In this document: positions 11,639 to 21,076 of the stretch, in pieces
Numbering within the stretch: the stretch's first letter is position 1
How the letters are laid out: each line of letters begins with the position of its first letter
DNA from: an uncultured Ruminococcus sp.
GTDB lineage: Bacteria; Bacillota; Clostridia; Oscillospirales; CAG-272
NCBI GenBank assembly: GCA_964463735.1
Contig: CAYXDB010000001.1
Location: forward strand, 1 to 51,548
DNA length: 51,548 bases
Direction: 5' to 3'
Translations under genes and position numbers: made by a program
The notes under the pieces: model-generated
The model's database searches: none
Seen by the model: only the letters and a program-made list of their open reading frames with translations
Told to the model about the DNA's origin: nothing

Positions 11639-12340
11639 TTAATAGGCAATATCCAGCAATTGCGATACGGTAACGAACTCATATCCGCGCTCTTTGAGTG
11701 CCGGTATGACTTTTTGCAAAGCGGGGATCGTAGTGTTTTCCCCACTGATATAGTCATGAAAAAGTATGATCGCACCACCGCAGACATGCCGCTCGATCTC
11801 TGCAAGGATCTCATCGCTGGGGCGATGCGCCCAATCACGCGTATCGATATCCCACAGGATGGCATGCTTCTGGGTCTGTTGCAACACAGACGGAAGCATA
11901 TCAGTGCACACTCCTTGTGGCGGGCGAAAGATATGGTGTGGCGCATATCCCAGTTCTTCTAAGATCCTGTCATTTTCTTCTATCTCCTTGACCAGTGTTT
12001 CCTCTGGGATGCGTTTCATGGTGGCATGCGTAAAGGTATGGTTCCCCACTTCGTGCCCGCCTGCGATCACGCGCCGTGCCACCTCCGGATACCGCTGTAC
12101 ATTCACGCCGATCATGAAAAATGTGGCGATCACTCCTTCACGTGCCAATATTTCCAGGATACGGTCGGTATAGCGCGGGTGAGGGCCATCGTCAAAGGTC
12201 AGGGCGATCTGCCTGGTATCGCGCGGGCCACAATGATAAACATGCATGGCCGCGCCATCTGCCAAAATTTTTCCCGGCGAAATGGTGAGCAATACCAGGA
12301 TCAATGCCAGCGGGAGGGCACGACGCAGGAAACTTTTCAT
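11639..12340 (-). CDS. polysaccharide deacetylase (NodB homology domain), secreted
   Basis: Signal peptide, then TFDDGPHP...GHEVGNHTFTH motifs. Confidence 0.8.
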   Translation of the reverse strand: MKSFLRRALPLALILVLLTISPGKILADGAAMHVYHCGPRDTRQIALTFDDGPHPRYTDRILEILAREGVIATFFMIGVNVQRYPEVARRVIAGGHEVGNHTFTHATMKRIPEETLVKEIEENDRILEELGYAPHHIFRPPQGVCTDMLPSVLQQTQKHAILWDIDTRDWAHRPSDEILAEIERHVCGGAIILFHDYISGENTTIPALQKVIPALKERGYEFVTVSQLLDIAY

Positions 12341-13128
12341 AGCGTATCGCCTGCCTGCGTCACCAACTCATCTAACGTGCCAAAACGATAACCCATGGCG
12401 CGCCAGGCCGCGATCAATTCCTTTAGGATCGCCGCGTTCGTTGCTGATGTGGGATGCAGGAGGATGACGGCCCCGTTGTGTGTGTTCTCTACTATCTTCT
12501 TCCGGGCGGCGTCTGCGGTCGGCTGTTTATCATTATCCCAATCGGCGTAGGCAAAACTCCAGAAGATCGTCTTATATCCTGCCGCCTGGGCACAGGACAG
12601 CATCGTGGCATCATACCTCCCTTCCGGCGGGCGAAAATAAGGTGCCATCATTTTTCCTGTCTTTTCGTGGTACAGTGTCTCCAGCCCTGCCGTCTCTGCG
12701 CGAAACACTTCTCCCGTGCAACCGGCCATGTTTTTATGGTGCAATGTGTGGTTACACACCAGGTGTCCTTCTTCCGCCATACGCTCGACAAGCGGCAAGT
12801 CATGCTCCAGCAATTGTTTTAGTATAAAGAATGCCGCGGGCACCTGTTCTTCCTGTAAGACATCCAATATCTTTGCCACATTGCCGTTCTCGTACCCTGC
12901 GTCAAATGTCAGGTATAAGACCTTTTCTTTGCAATCATCACCATGCTTTTTGTCTATATAATATCCGTCGTATTTTTCAATGACCTGTTGTGCCGTGTCT
13001 AAGGTCGGTTGCTTATGCTGGTCATTTCGCTTGACATACCATCCGGCCCCGCCGGTGGCGTATACCGAAAGATCCCCCACCGGGGACAGCAAGGCAAGGC
13101 ACAACAGGCATAGGATCCATTTTTTCAT
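12337..13128 (-). CDS. pdaA: delta-lactam-biosynthetic de-N-acetylase-like polysaccharide deacetylase
   Basis: Start chosen at MKKWILCLL (signal peptide, GGAGAAA RBS). YLTFDAGYENG...GHLVCNHTLHH...RPPEG...FWS.A..DW...LLHP is collinear with B. subtilis PdaA as I recall it. Confidence 0.7.
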   Translation of the reverse strand: MKKWILCLLCLALLSPVGDLSVYATGGAGWYVKRNDQHKQPTLDTAQQVIEKYDGYYIDKKHGDDCKEKVLYLTFDAGYENGNVAKILDVLQEEQVPAAFFILKQLLEHDLPLVERMAEEGHLVCNHTLHHKNMAGCTGEVFRAETAGLETLYHEKTGKMMAPYFRPPEGRYDATMLSCAQAAGYKTIFWSFAYADWDNDKQPTADAARKKIVENTHNGAVILLHPTSATNAAILKELIAAWRAMGYRFGTLDELVTQAGDTL

Positions 13129-13226
13129 ATCTGTTTCTCCATGATACAGTGTTCCGCACTTAGTATGTGCCTGCGCGCAGAAAAACAAGCTATGAAAAAT
13201 CCGGAATTTTTGCGTATGGTCGTCTG

Positions 13227-14489
13227 CTAAATTTTATCACGTCGTTTTTCGCAAAGCAATTGGTGCGCGACCTTCCACGCATCCACCTGTTGCGCTTCTG
13301 GTACCCCGCAGAAGACCGTATGGCTGGATGCGCCGACCTCTGCAAACAGCACGAAGATCCCCTTTTCCCGCAGTGCGGTATATATTGCGATGCAGGATCG
13401 CGCCAGTGCATGGCGCGCAAAACCCGTGATAGCCAACAGGGATAGTGGCACGGCGTTTTTTTCTATCTGCGCTATCGCTTCTTTTTCCAAAACGGACGCC
13501 ATCCGATCTTGCGCAAGCACCAAAGCAATCGTTTCTCCCGTTTCTGATACGATCAGGTGTTCCGCTATGGAAAGAAGTGCCCTTGACCCCTCCAGTGCCT
13601 CTTTCCACAGAAGCGTGTATGCCCAATAGTGCCCCTTTGTGGTCACAGCGTAATCTGACGCTGGTTCCGGTATGCAGCCCTGTATCAGTGTTCCATACTG
13701 TGTGGGCTGAAAGGTATTTCGGATCCAGATAGGGATCATGGCGCGCTCTGCTGGCGATATGGCATCTTCATGCAACACTTGCGCCCCGAGATGCGCCAAC
13801 TCACGCGCGTCGGTATACCGCATTCGGCTCATGGGCCGGGCCGCCACAATACAGCGTGGATCTGCTGTATAAAACCCGGAAACATCCGTCCAGTTCTCAT
13901 ACAACGTGGCGTGAACAGCACTGGCGAGCAACGCACCGGTCACATCGGAACCGCCACGGCGCAACAGGCCTATGCGCCCCTTCGCAGACCGTCCATAAAA
14001 GCCTGGTAATACGGCATTCTGGCGCCCATAAAGGTGCTGTTGCAGTCCCTCTATACTTTGCATTTCATCCGCGCGCCCATTCGGTGTGACAGCAATGCAC
14101 TTGCCCGCATCCAAAAAAGGATATGCCAGCCATGCGGCCAGGATCCGTGCACAAATGTATTCTCCGCGGCTGACAAAATAGGCGCCGTCTTTTGTGCGGA
14201 GAAAGTAGCGCCAGGCGCGGCGCAACCATTTTCCCGGCTCTGCTTTGACCGAAAGCGCACGGCATAGCGCGGCAAACCGTTTCTCTACCGTATAAGGATA
14301 GCACCCGCTCTGCACGGCTTCATACAGGACGTCCGTCACCTTATGAGGATATATGGAATTTTTCCCCGGTGCAGATACCACGATATAGCGCCGCGCAGGT
14401 GATGCTCGCATGATATCTCTGACACGCAGAAACGCCGCTTCATCCGCAACGGAACTGCCGCCAAACTTCGCCACAATGATCTCTTCCAT
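13227..14489 (-). CDS. aspartate kinase
   Basis: N-terminal VAKFGGSSV and VVSAPGK motifs of the amino-acid kinase family, with a C-terminal ACT-like region; 420 aa. Confidence 0.75.
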   Translation of the reverse strand: MEEIIVAKFGGSSVADEAAFLRVRDIMRASPARRYIVVSAPGKNSIYPHKVTDVLYEAVQSGCYPYTVEKRFAALCRALSVKAEPGKWLRRAWRYFLRTKDGAYFVSRGEYICARILAAWLAYPFLDAGKCIAVTPNGRADEMQSIEGLQQHLYGRQNAVLPGFYGRSAKGRIGLLRRGGSDVTGALLASAVHATLYENWTDVSGFYTADPRCIVAARPMSRMRYTDARELAHLGAQVLHEDAISPAERAMIPIWIRNTFQPTQYGTLIQGCIPEPASDYAVTTKGHYWAYTLLWKEALEGSRALLSIAEHLIVSETGETIALVLAQDRMASVLEKEAIAQIEKNAVPLSLLAITGFARHALARSCIAIYTALREKGIFVLFAEVGASSHTVFCGVPEAQQVDAWKVAHQLLCEKRRDKI

Positions 14490-14490
14490 C

Positions 14491-15447
14491 CTATTGCCCC
14501 CCGCATCAGTATATGCATGCCGCGCTTCTCCGGCATTTCCCTTTTATCAAGGCGCGAATGCGACCAATTACGAAAGCGCCTACAACAGCGAAAACGGCAT
14601 CACCGTGAAGGTCGTCAGTGTACTCAGAGAAAAAGAAGATGCATCAGCCTCCTGGCTTTCCAGCGGGATCGCCTATTCTCCGGAACTGACCAAGGCCGTT
14701 CTGGCGGCCAACAAAAACTCTGCCGTCGTTACCGCACAACTGGCCAACAAGGAGATCGATGTGACCACAGGCAATTCCATTGCTGACGAGAACAGCAGTA
14801 CCGGCGGATTTGGCGGCATATTCGGCGGTGCCTCTGCATCGACCTACGATGGCATGCTGGAAAAATTGGGCTATACGCAAACACCTGCGTCTATCACTAT
14901 CTATCCCAACGATACGGCCAGCCGTGAAACAATTATAGCGCATCTTGACTCCTGGAATACCGCAAATGAGAACACGGATAAGGTGGTGGCATATACCGAT
15001 ATGTCCAGCATGGTGACCTCTATGCTCGGAACGATCGTTGATATCGTGACCTATGTGCTCATGGCGTTCTCCATCACTTCTCTTGTGATCTCCTCGATCA
15101 TGATTGCAATTATTATTTACGCTTCCGTTATTGAGAGAGTTAAAGAGATCGGTGTGCTTCGCTCCATCGGCGCAAGAAAGAAGGATATCAGCCATGTGTT
15201 TGAAGCAGAAGCGGTTATTCTCGGTTTTGTATCAGGTGTTATTGCCATTGGAGCTACGTTGATTGCAAACGTTGTGATCAATGCCATCCTTAATGATCTT
15301 GTGGGTGTATCTACCATTGCCAGCCTTACGCCGCTGACCGCCATCGGGCTGGTTGCGCTGAGTATGGTCTTGCTCCTGATCGCAAGTCTGATCCCTGCAA
15401 AGATCGCAGCTAAGAAAGAACCTGCCGTAGCACTGCGCACCGAATAA
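14491..15447 (+). pseudogene. 3' remnant of a MacB/FtsX-type ABC transporter permease (5' end missing)
   Basis: The C-terminal FtsX domain is intact (ERVKEIGVLRSIGARKKDI, three TM helices, ...AKKEPAVALRTE). There is no N-terminal TM helix, no plausible start and no ATPase partner. The open frame runs back into the divergent aspartate kinase gene. Confidence 0.6.
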
Positions 15448-15457
15448 TTCAACAAAA

Positions 15458-15493
15458 AAACTCCATCACAGACTTTTGTCCATGATGGAGTTT
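15458..15493. terminator. terminator hairpin between convergent genes
   Basis: Stem aaactccatca / tgatggagttt with a 14-nt loop. Confidence 0.5.
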
Positions 15494-15544
15494 CCTTGTC
15501 CTATGCGATTTGCCTGATCTCTCCGATCCAGAGATAATATGCTA

Positions 15545-18019
15545 TTATTTGATGCCGAACAACAGGCGAAGGGCATCTGCGCAATCAGAGAGTTTCTCGG
15601 ATGTTTCCGCAGAGCTTTCATAATTATTCAGCACTTCTGCGATAGCATTACGGTCTGCGTCACTCAGCAGATCCCCGATCTCCTGCTGGACTTCCTCACT
15701 CTGGGAGGTGGAGACCAGTGTCGTAGTAATGATCTCAGAATCCAAGATAGTATCCAGCATCTCATCTGTCAGGATCGATTTGCCCTCTGTTTCTGTGGTA
15801 CTAGAAGAAACGTCTGCGATCATCCCCAGCATCGTTTCCACCGCGGCGCTCTCTTTCTCGATGTCGATCCCTTCTGCGTCAACGATGTCAGCCACGGCGC
15901 TAAAGTAGGAGTCCATTACTACGCTGGCCGTACTGTTGATCTCCTCCGGCACGCCCATGTCTTCCAGGAATTTCTCATCTACCGTATCACGGACGATCTC
16001 AACAGTCTCCCGGTCCAGGGAAGTGACCAGATTCTCGACGGCTTTCTTCAATTCCTCCGTGTCGGTGGTAGAGGAGGATGCAGAAGAAGAGATATCTACG
16101 GCTTTTGCCATACGATAGGCGGCCGCCACACTGGAAAAGAGCGATTCATAATCCAGGGTCCCCTGGCTGATCTTTGTCCTGGCTGTCTGAATGGCCTTCG
16201 GCGCCATGACAGAAGAGATGGCGTCCATGGAGAGGAAATGCAACATCAACTTCGTAGAAGAATTCCCTAACAAGGTGCTGTTCCCCATCATGTTCAGCAA
16301 TTGGCCGACCTGCGGCAGGATATCCCACTGCTCTTCCAGATCCAGACCGCTGTCCAATGCCTCGGTCAGTTGCATGGTCTTGGCGATCACAGCAGCAAGG
16401 CGCTGGGCTTCCTCGGCACGCTGCGTGTCATTCATCTGACGGAAGATATCGGTATTTTGAATATACAGATCCGAGGAAATGATCTGCAAGGTCTTAAATG
16501 TTTTGCTGGAAAGAGCCGGTATGCCCAGCCCATCCATCCAGGTGACCACCGTAGCCGCGCTCACAGACTCCTTGTCTGCGGTCAGGCCGTCATAGGTATC
16601 GACCAACGTATTGGATGCGGTGATGGCATTTGCTTCAGAGAGGCCGGTGGCGTTGTCCATCAGCGCAGACTGTATCATAGCCACACGTTCTTCTTTGCTC
16701 GCGCTTCGTTGCATATAGCCAAGGACCACAGACGCCAGATTGCTGTGTGCGGTTTTTTGATTCGCCGGCACCTCCATAGTCTTGGCGATCGTGGACATAC
16801 CGTAGTTGTTGACGGCAGATACCGTAATGGGAGACAGGATATAGCTGCTGGACATCGCATACAAAATGGCCTGTACATTGTCCTCGTCCTGTAGCAGGGC
16901 GGTGATGTCTTCTGCACTGCCAGAAGTCATGGCTTCCAGCACGCCACATTGAGACATCGTACCGATCACCTCCACGACGTTCCAGAGATCCGTGATCAAC
17001 GCGTCCTGGTCAGACTCGGCCAGGGTGTCCAGTATATCGCCAAAGAAAGCGGAGGTGTTATCATCCAGGTCATCCGGCAATTGCAATGTCAAAAACGTTT
17101 CGCCGCGGCGCAACGTATCTGCCCCGTTCGTAATGACCTCAGAGAGGACGTGCGACAGGAGGCGGGCATCCGACAGGGACGCAATGGCCGCATCCAAGGC
17201 GGCGTTGTCCTCATCTGTCATATTATCCAACTGGATGTCTGACAATTTTGCAATATCGACAACGACACCTATCGTTTCACGCACATCATCGATAAAGGAA
17301 CTGCTCGTGCCGTCTTTATTCTGGAAGGTCGTGAGTTTGGTGGTCATGCCTTCGGCCAGCGGGTGAAGGATCGTATAACAGGGGTCACTCTTCAGCGACT
17401 GAAGCCCGGTCATGATATACGATGGTGAAGTGCTGGACCCAAAGCTCTCGTCCTCATCGAAGATCATATCGTCATCTTCAGAAAAGGTCTCCAACGTAGA
17501 GGTGGGGAACAACAGCGCTACGGCCACATCCGTTGCGGGCATGATGCCCATCAGAGGCGTTAAAAGCACACAGGCGCACAGCACGCCCTGCAATGCACCA
17601 ATGACCGCGCCAATGAGGCGGCTGCCAGACTTGTTGCGGCAGAAAATGGCATTGATGATCACCCCGGGGATCAGGAGCACCAATTTGAGCACGAAGAACA
17701 ACGCAACGAACAGCACCAGGCTTACCAATGCCTTGGGCGCCTGCAGTATGAAGGAATACAGGGTGGGAGACGCTTCCATCAGCTGGCCGACCGTCGCGTC
17801 AGACATCAACGACTGCTCTACCAGTTCCTGCAGGGTCATCCCGCTCTCTTCAATGGGATAATCGAGGCATGTTTCGGCAATGGCGGGCGCCAGTGCCAGA
17901 GATAGCAACAGTGCCACGACCACAAAAGCCAGGCGCACGGTAGATTTTTTCCATCCGCGTGCAAGCCCCAATAGTAGCCCCAGTGCCGCAAAAGCTAAAA
18001 CTATCAACGTAAAATACAT
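15545..18019 (-). CDS. large membrane protein: CvpA-like multi-TM N-terminus plus a roughly 650-aa acidic Cys-poor domain of unknown function
   Basis: Start chosen at MYFTLIV (AAAGG about 11 nt upstream; the ORF is open to 18148). Four or more hydrophobic helices sit in the first ~200 aa. I recognise no motif in the remainder. Confidence 0.6.
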   Translation of the reverse strand: MYFTLIVLAFAALGLLLGLARGWKKSTVRLAFVVVALLLSLALAPAIAETCLDYPIEESGMTLQELVEQSLMSDATVGQLMEASPTLYSFILQAPKALVSLVLFVALFFVLKLVLLIPGVIINAIFCRNKSGSRLIGAVIGALQGVLCACVLLTPLMGIMPATDVAVALLFPTSTLETFSEDDDMIFDEDESFGSSTSPSYIMTGLQSLKSDPCYTILHPLAEGMTTKLTTFQNKDGTSSSFIDDVRETIGVVVDIAKLSDIQLDNMTDEDNAALDAAIASLSDARLLSHVLSEVITNGADTLRRGETFLTLQLPDDLDDNTSAFFGDILDTLAESDQDALITDLWNVVEVIGTMSQCGVLEAMTSGSAEDITALLQDEDNVQAILYAMSSSYILSPITVSAVNNYGMSTIAKTMEVPANQKTAHSNLASVVLGYMQRSASKEERVAMIQSALMDNATGLSEANAITASNTLVDTYDGLTADKESVSAATVVTWMDGLGIPALSSKTFKTLQIISSDLYIQNTDIFRQMNDTQRAEEAQRLAAVIAKTMQLTEALDSGLDLEEQWDILPQVGQLLNMMGNSTLLGNSSTKLMLHFLSMDAISSVMAPKAIQTARTKISQGTLDYESLFSSVAAAYRMAKAVDISSSASSSTTDTEELKKAVENLVTSLDRETVEIVRDTVDEKFLEDMGVPEEINSTASVVMDSYFSAVADIVDAEGIDIEKESAAVETMLGMIADVSSSTTETEGKSILTDEMLDTILDSEIITTTLVSTSQSEEVQQEIGDLLSDADRNAIAEVLNNYESSAETSEKLSDCADALRLLFGIK

Positions 18020-18061
18020 AAAAAGCATCACCTTTCTTACCAGTGTATATATTACGCCCTT

Positions 18062-18090
18062 ATCATACCACATCGTGGTAGGAATGTCAA
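18062..18090 (-). promoter_or_regulatory. sigma-A type promoter (extended -10) for the CvpA-like gene
   Basis: Minus strand TTGACA, 17-nt spacer ending in TGG, TATGAT. Confidence 0.45.
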
Positions 18091-18194
18091 CACCTGACAG
18101 GGAAATTCCCTGACTTTTCCACCTGTGGCACGGGTACATTTTCGCCACATGATCCTTTTTTAATCAAATTTTAGAAAAAAATCGGAATAAACTA

Positions 18195-18223
18195 TTGCAA
18201 TTTGCAAAAACATATGATATAAT
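18195..18223 (+). promoter_or_regulatory. sigma-A type promoter of tRNA-Ser
   Basis: TTGCAA, 17-nt spacer, TATAAT, 12 nt before the tRNA 5' end. Confidence 0.55.
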
Positions 18224-18234
18224 GAGTAAGTCGT

Positions 18235-18326
18235 GGAGAGATGGCTGAGCTGGTCTAAGGCGCACGACTGGAAATCGTGTAAGCGTTGATAGCGCTTCAA
18301 GGGTTCGAATCCCTTTCTCTCCGCCA
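18235..18326 (+). tRNA. tRNA-Ser (anticodon GGA), CCA encoded
   Basis: Acceptor stem GGAGAGA/TCTCTCC, anticodon stem CACGA/TCGTG with loop CTGGAAA, long variable arm, T-arm AAGGG-TTCGAAT-CCCTT, then G-CCA. Confidence 0.9.
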
Positions 18327-18333
18327 ATACAGC

Positions 18334-18365
18334 GCCTGGATCATAGGATCCAGGCCTGTTTTTGT
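18334..18365 (+). terminator. rho-independent terminator after the tRNA
   Basis: Stem gcctggatc / gatccaggc, loop atag, then ctgtttttgt. Confidence 0.7.
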
Positions 18366-18394
18366 ATACCAATATGCATCTGCAAGGAGGAACC

Positions 18395-19333
18395 ATGATA
18401 GCACAGATCCTGTTGCAAAAAGTTGGATTGCTCTTTTTGATGATGCTCCCCGGTGTTTTGATGACCAAATGCCACCTCTCCACAGAGGGGCTTGGCAAAG
18501 GATTGTCTGATCTGGTGCTGTACATTGCACAGCCAGCGCTCATCGTCTATGCGTATATCCGCCCGTTTGATGAGGCGATCTTGAAAAACGCCATCCTCGT
18601 CTTCCTTTTATCCATCCTATGCCATTTTCTGTTTACGGGTGTCGTCCTGCTCTCCTTTCGCCGCGCAGAGGCGCAGGCGAAGAAGATGCTGCGATTTGCC
18701 ACGATATTCTCCAACGCCGCCTTTATGGGGATCCCCCTGATCGTGGCAGTTCTGGATGCTGAAGCGGCGATCTACGCCTCCATCTATAACATCACATTTA
18801 ACGTATTTTTGTGGTCGCTTGGCGTGCTGATCTGCACGGGTGACCGGCGACAGGCATCTTGGAAAAAGGTGCTCTTTCACCCGGTGACGCTCTCTTCTGT
18901 AGTGGGGATCCTGTGTTTTCTACTCCCCATAGATACGACGCAGCCAGCCGTCTCCTTTATCCTGGAGGCGTTGACCATGCTCAAGGATCTGGTCGCCCCC
19001 CTGTCGATGATCATCATAGGCCTGCGCCTGGCCAACATGAAATTCTCCGGCCTGTTCCGCGACCGGTACTTGTATGAATTCCTCGCATTGCGGCTCATCC
19101 TCCTTCCGTGCCTGGTCTATGCGATCCTCCGTTTGCTCGCGCTCGTTTTCCCGATCAGTCAGACTGTCATGACCGTTACGCTGATCACAGCGGCCACGCC
19201 GGCGGCCACGGCCACCTCCATGTTTGCCGAAAAATATGATTGCGATGCAGAATACGCCGGTAAACTGGTGGCGATCTCCACCATTCTATCCGTCGTAACG
19301 ATGCCACTCATCTCTTTGCTATTGAATCTGTAA
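18395..19333 (+). CDS. AEC (auxin efflux carrier) family transporter
   Basis: Start at MIAQILLQK, 5 nt after AAGGAGG. About 10 TM helices; the N-terminal pattern is typical of the AEC/malonate-permease family. Confidence 0.75.
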   Translation: MIAQILLQKVGLLFLMMLPGVLMTKCHLSTEGLGKGLSDLVLYIAQPALIVYAYIRPFDEAILKNAILVFLLSILCHFLFTGVVLLSFRRAEAQAKKMLRFATIFSNAAFMGIPLIVAVLDAEAAIYASIYNITFNVFLWSLGVLICTGDRRQASWKKVLFHPVTLSSVVGILCFLLPIDTTQPAVSFILEALTMLKDLVAPLSMIIIGLRLANMKFSGLFRDRYLYEFLALRLILLPCLVYAILRLLALVFPISQTVMTVTLITAATPAATATSMFAEKYDCDAEYAGKLVAISTILSVVTMPLISLLLNL

Positions 19334-19350
19334 AATATGGTGCCAGTAAT

Positions 19351-19390
19351 AGGCAGACCGGGCATGGCTCTTTCCATGCCCGGTCTGCCT
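19351..19390. terminator. 17-bp perfect hairpin between convergent genes
   Basis: aggcagaccgggcatgg / ccatgcccggtctgcct with loop ctcttt. There is no clear U-tract on either side. Confidence 0.5.
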
Positions 19391-19428
19391 ATATACATAA
19401 TGGTATCCTGGGGGCTACCGGGGCGCTC

Positions 19429-20145
19429 TTACACGACCAGACCGCCATTGACGCCAATGACCTGCCCTGTAATAAATGACGCATCTTCACTCGCCAGGAA
19501 CGAAACGCACCCGGCGACGTCTTCCGGCATGCCCAAACGGCACAGTGGCGTTTCATCACAGAACGCCTGCCGGATCTCCTGCGTCAAAGACTGGTTCATC
19601 TCTGTCTGGATAAAGCCAGGGGCGATGCAATTCACGGTGATGCCGGATGGCCCCACCTCTTTTGCCAATGCGCGCGTGAACCCGATGAGTGCGGCCTTGG
19701 TCGTGGAATAATGCACTTCACAAGAGGAGCCGACCTGTCCCCACATAGAAGAGATCTGGATGATGCGGCCGCCCTTTTTGTGTATCATATCCGGCAGGAC
19801 GGCGCGGGTCGTATAAAATGCCCCGTTGATATTGACGGCCATGAATCTCCCCCACTCCTCATCGGTCAGATCTGTCAGCAAAGAGAAACTGGAGATCGCC
19901 GCATTGTTGACGAGCACATCGATCCCTCCATACCGTTCCCGCACCTGCGATACGGCCCCGCGCACATCCCCCGGAGAGGCGATATCGGCCTGGATGCCGA
20001 AGGCGCCGGTCTCCTGCTCTATGGCGCGTGCCGCCTCATGAGCGCTGTGGTATAAAAAAGCGACGCTATCCCCCTGTGCGGCAAAGCGCCGTACGATCGA
20101 TGCACCGATCCCGCGCGAACCGCCTGTGACCAATACTGTTCTCAT
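19429..20145 (-). CDS. SDR family oxidoreductase (FabG-like)
   Basis: TGGSRGIG cofactor motif, NNAA, catalytic YSTTK; 238 aa. Confidence 0.8.
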   Translation of the reverse strand: MRTVLVTGGSRGIGASIVRRFAAQGDSVAFLYHSAHEAARAIEQETGAFGIQADIASPGDVRGAVSQVRERYGGIDVLVNNAAISSFSLLTDLTDEEWGRFMAVNINGAFYTTRAVLPDMIHKKGGRIIQISSMWGQVGSSCEVHYSTTKAALIGFTRALAKEVGPSGITVNCIAPGFIQTEMNQSLTQEIRQAFCDETPLCRLGMPEDVAGCVSFLASEDASFITGQVIGVNGGLVV

Positions 20146-20169
20146 ACTTCCCTCCTGTCATGCGTCTTC

Positions 20170-20198
20170 ATTATAGCAGACTGCACGGCGAAAGTCAA
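20170..20198 (-). promoter_or_regulatory. sigma-A type promoter of the SDR gene
   Basis: Minus strand TTGACT, 17-nt spacer, TATAAT. Confidence 0.5.
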
Positions 20199-20223
20199 GC
20201 CCTGTTAGACTCTCCTGCATCAC

Positions 20224-20252
20224 TTGACTTTCCTGTGGCGCTGTGCTACAAT
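20224..20252 (+). promoter_or_regulatory. sigma-A type promoter of the wHTH regulator, back-to-back with the SDR promoter
   Basis: TTGACT, 17-nt spacer, TACAAT. Confidence 0.5.
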
Positions 20253-20299
20253 ATACACAGCAATGTAGCCAAAATGATGAACAACAGGAGGGCACCGAC

Positions 20300-21001
20300 A
20301 TGATACTGTTTGTGGAGAAACCGGGTCATTATGCGGAGGCGCAAAGGGCCCAACGTATTTTTTACAAGATGTATATCCCCACATATATCGTCCCCTCGGA
20401 TGAGATAGAGCGCATCGAATACTATCCTGCAAACGCCATCATCATCGCATGCCCCCAGGCGATCGAGGATCTTGCCGATGTGTGCCACTACATACGGGAG
20501 CATCTCCCCCTCATACCGCTGGCCCTGTTTTTCATCCCGCCATGCGGCAATTATTACACGTATACGCGGCTTGCGGATTTTGTATTTGAAAAGAATACTA
20601 CCAGCATCCGCGTGGTGAAGACCTTGTTTGAAGAACGGGAAAAGCGCACAGGAGCGTACGCCTTTATCCAATACACCGATGCCGTATTCACCGACATCAA
20701 AAGAGCCGGCCTGATCTTTCTGTATGGTCTGCCAGAGCGTGTGACACACCGGCAATTTCTGATCGTCCGCTATCTGCTCCTCAAGGCGCCTGCCTGTGTG
20801 AGCGCCGAGGAATTGCTGGACATATGTGCCCATCCCTTGCGGAAAAGGCCTACTATCAACACCATCGGCACACAGGTATGCCTGTTGAACCAGATCTCCT
20901 GCAAAGCGATCGAGCACTACCATGTCATTGGTAATAAAAGAGGCGTGGGATATTATCTGGCAGATTTTGATCCGGAACGGCAACAGACAAAAAAGCGCTG
21001 A
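20300..21001 (+). CDS. OmpR/PhoB-type winged-helix DNA-binding protein with a degenerate (pseudo-receiver) N-terminal domain
   Basis: Start at MILFVEK after AGGAGGG. The C-terminus THRQFLIVRYLL...VSAEELL...TIGTQVCLLNQ...KRGVGYYL fits the Trans_reg_C pattern. The N-terminal half has a beta-alpha receiver-like periodicity but lacks the acidic pocket and phospho-acceptor Asp. Confidence 0.55.
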   Translation: MILFVEKPGHYAEAQRAQRIFYKMYIPTYIVPSDEIERIEYYPANAIIIACPQAIEDLADVCHYIREHLPLIPLALFFIPPCGNYYTYTRLADFVFEKNTTSIRVVKTLFEEREKRTGAYAFIQYTDAVFTDIKRAGLIFLYGLPERVTHRQFLIVRYLLLKAPACVSAEELLDICAHPLRKRPTINTIGTQVCLLNQISCKAIEHYHVIGNKRGVGYYLADFDPERQQTKKR

Positions 21002-21025
21002 CAAGACCGTCACATATACAAGCCT

Positions 21026-21069
21026 ATCCGCATAAGATGGTATATCGCATCTTATGCGGATATTTTATG
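21026..21069 (+). terminator. 13-bp perfect hairpin plus U-tract immediately upstream of the sigK RBS
   Basis: atccgcataagat / atcttatgcggat, 10-nt loop, then attttatg. Confidence 0.55.
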
Positions 21070-21076
21070 CAAAGAG

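Noticed and set aside
14490-14720. Lysine (L-box) riboswitch upstream of the aspartate kinase gene.
   Set aside because: Two small hairpins (AGGCGC...GCGCCU and AUGCCG...CGGCAU) and a GUAGGCGC resembling the L-box 5' motif are present. The other conserved L-box elements and the required ~180-nt architecture are not, and the region doubles as the permease-remnant reading frame.
19351-19390. Very long perfect hairpins (17-18 bp) at 19351-19390, 22118-22153 and 26528-26570 as possible mobile REP-like elements.
   Set aside because: Their sequences are unrelated to each other. Each sits exactly between convergent genes, which is consistent with ordinary bidirectional terminators.
18235-20145. tRNA-Ser as an integration site for a genomic island.
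   Set aside because: There is no integrase or recombinase. I spotted no direct repeat of the tRNA 3' end downstream. The neighbouring genes are ordinary, a transporter and an SDR.
20246-21013. 255-aa minus-strand ORF almost exactly co-extensive with the plus-strand regulator gene.
   Set aside because: The plus strand has a promoter, an RBS, a terminator and an OmpR-type winged-helix motif. The minus-strand product has no recognisable features or translation signals.
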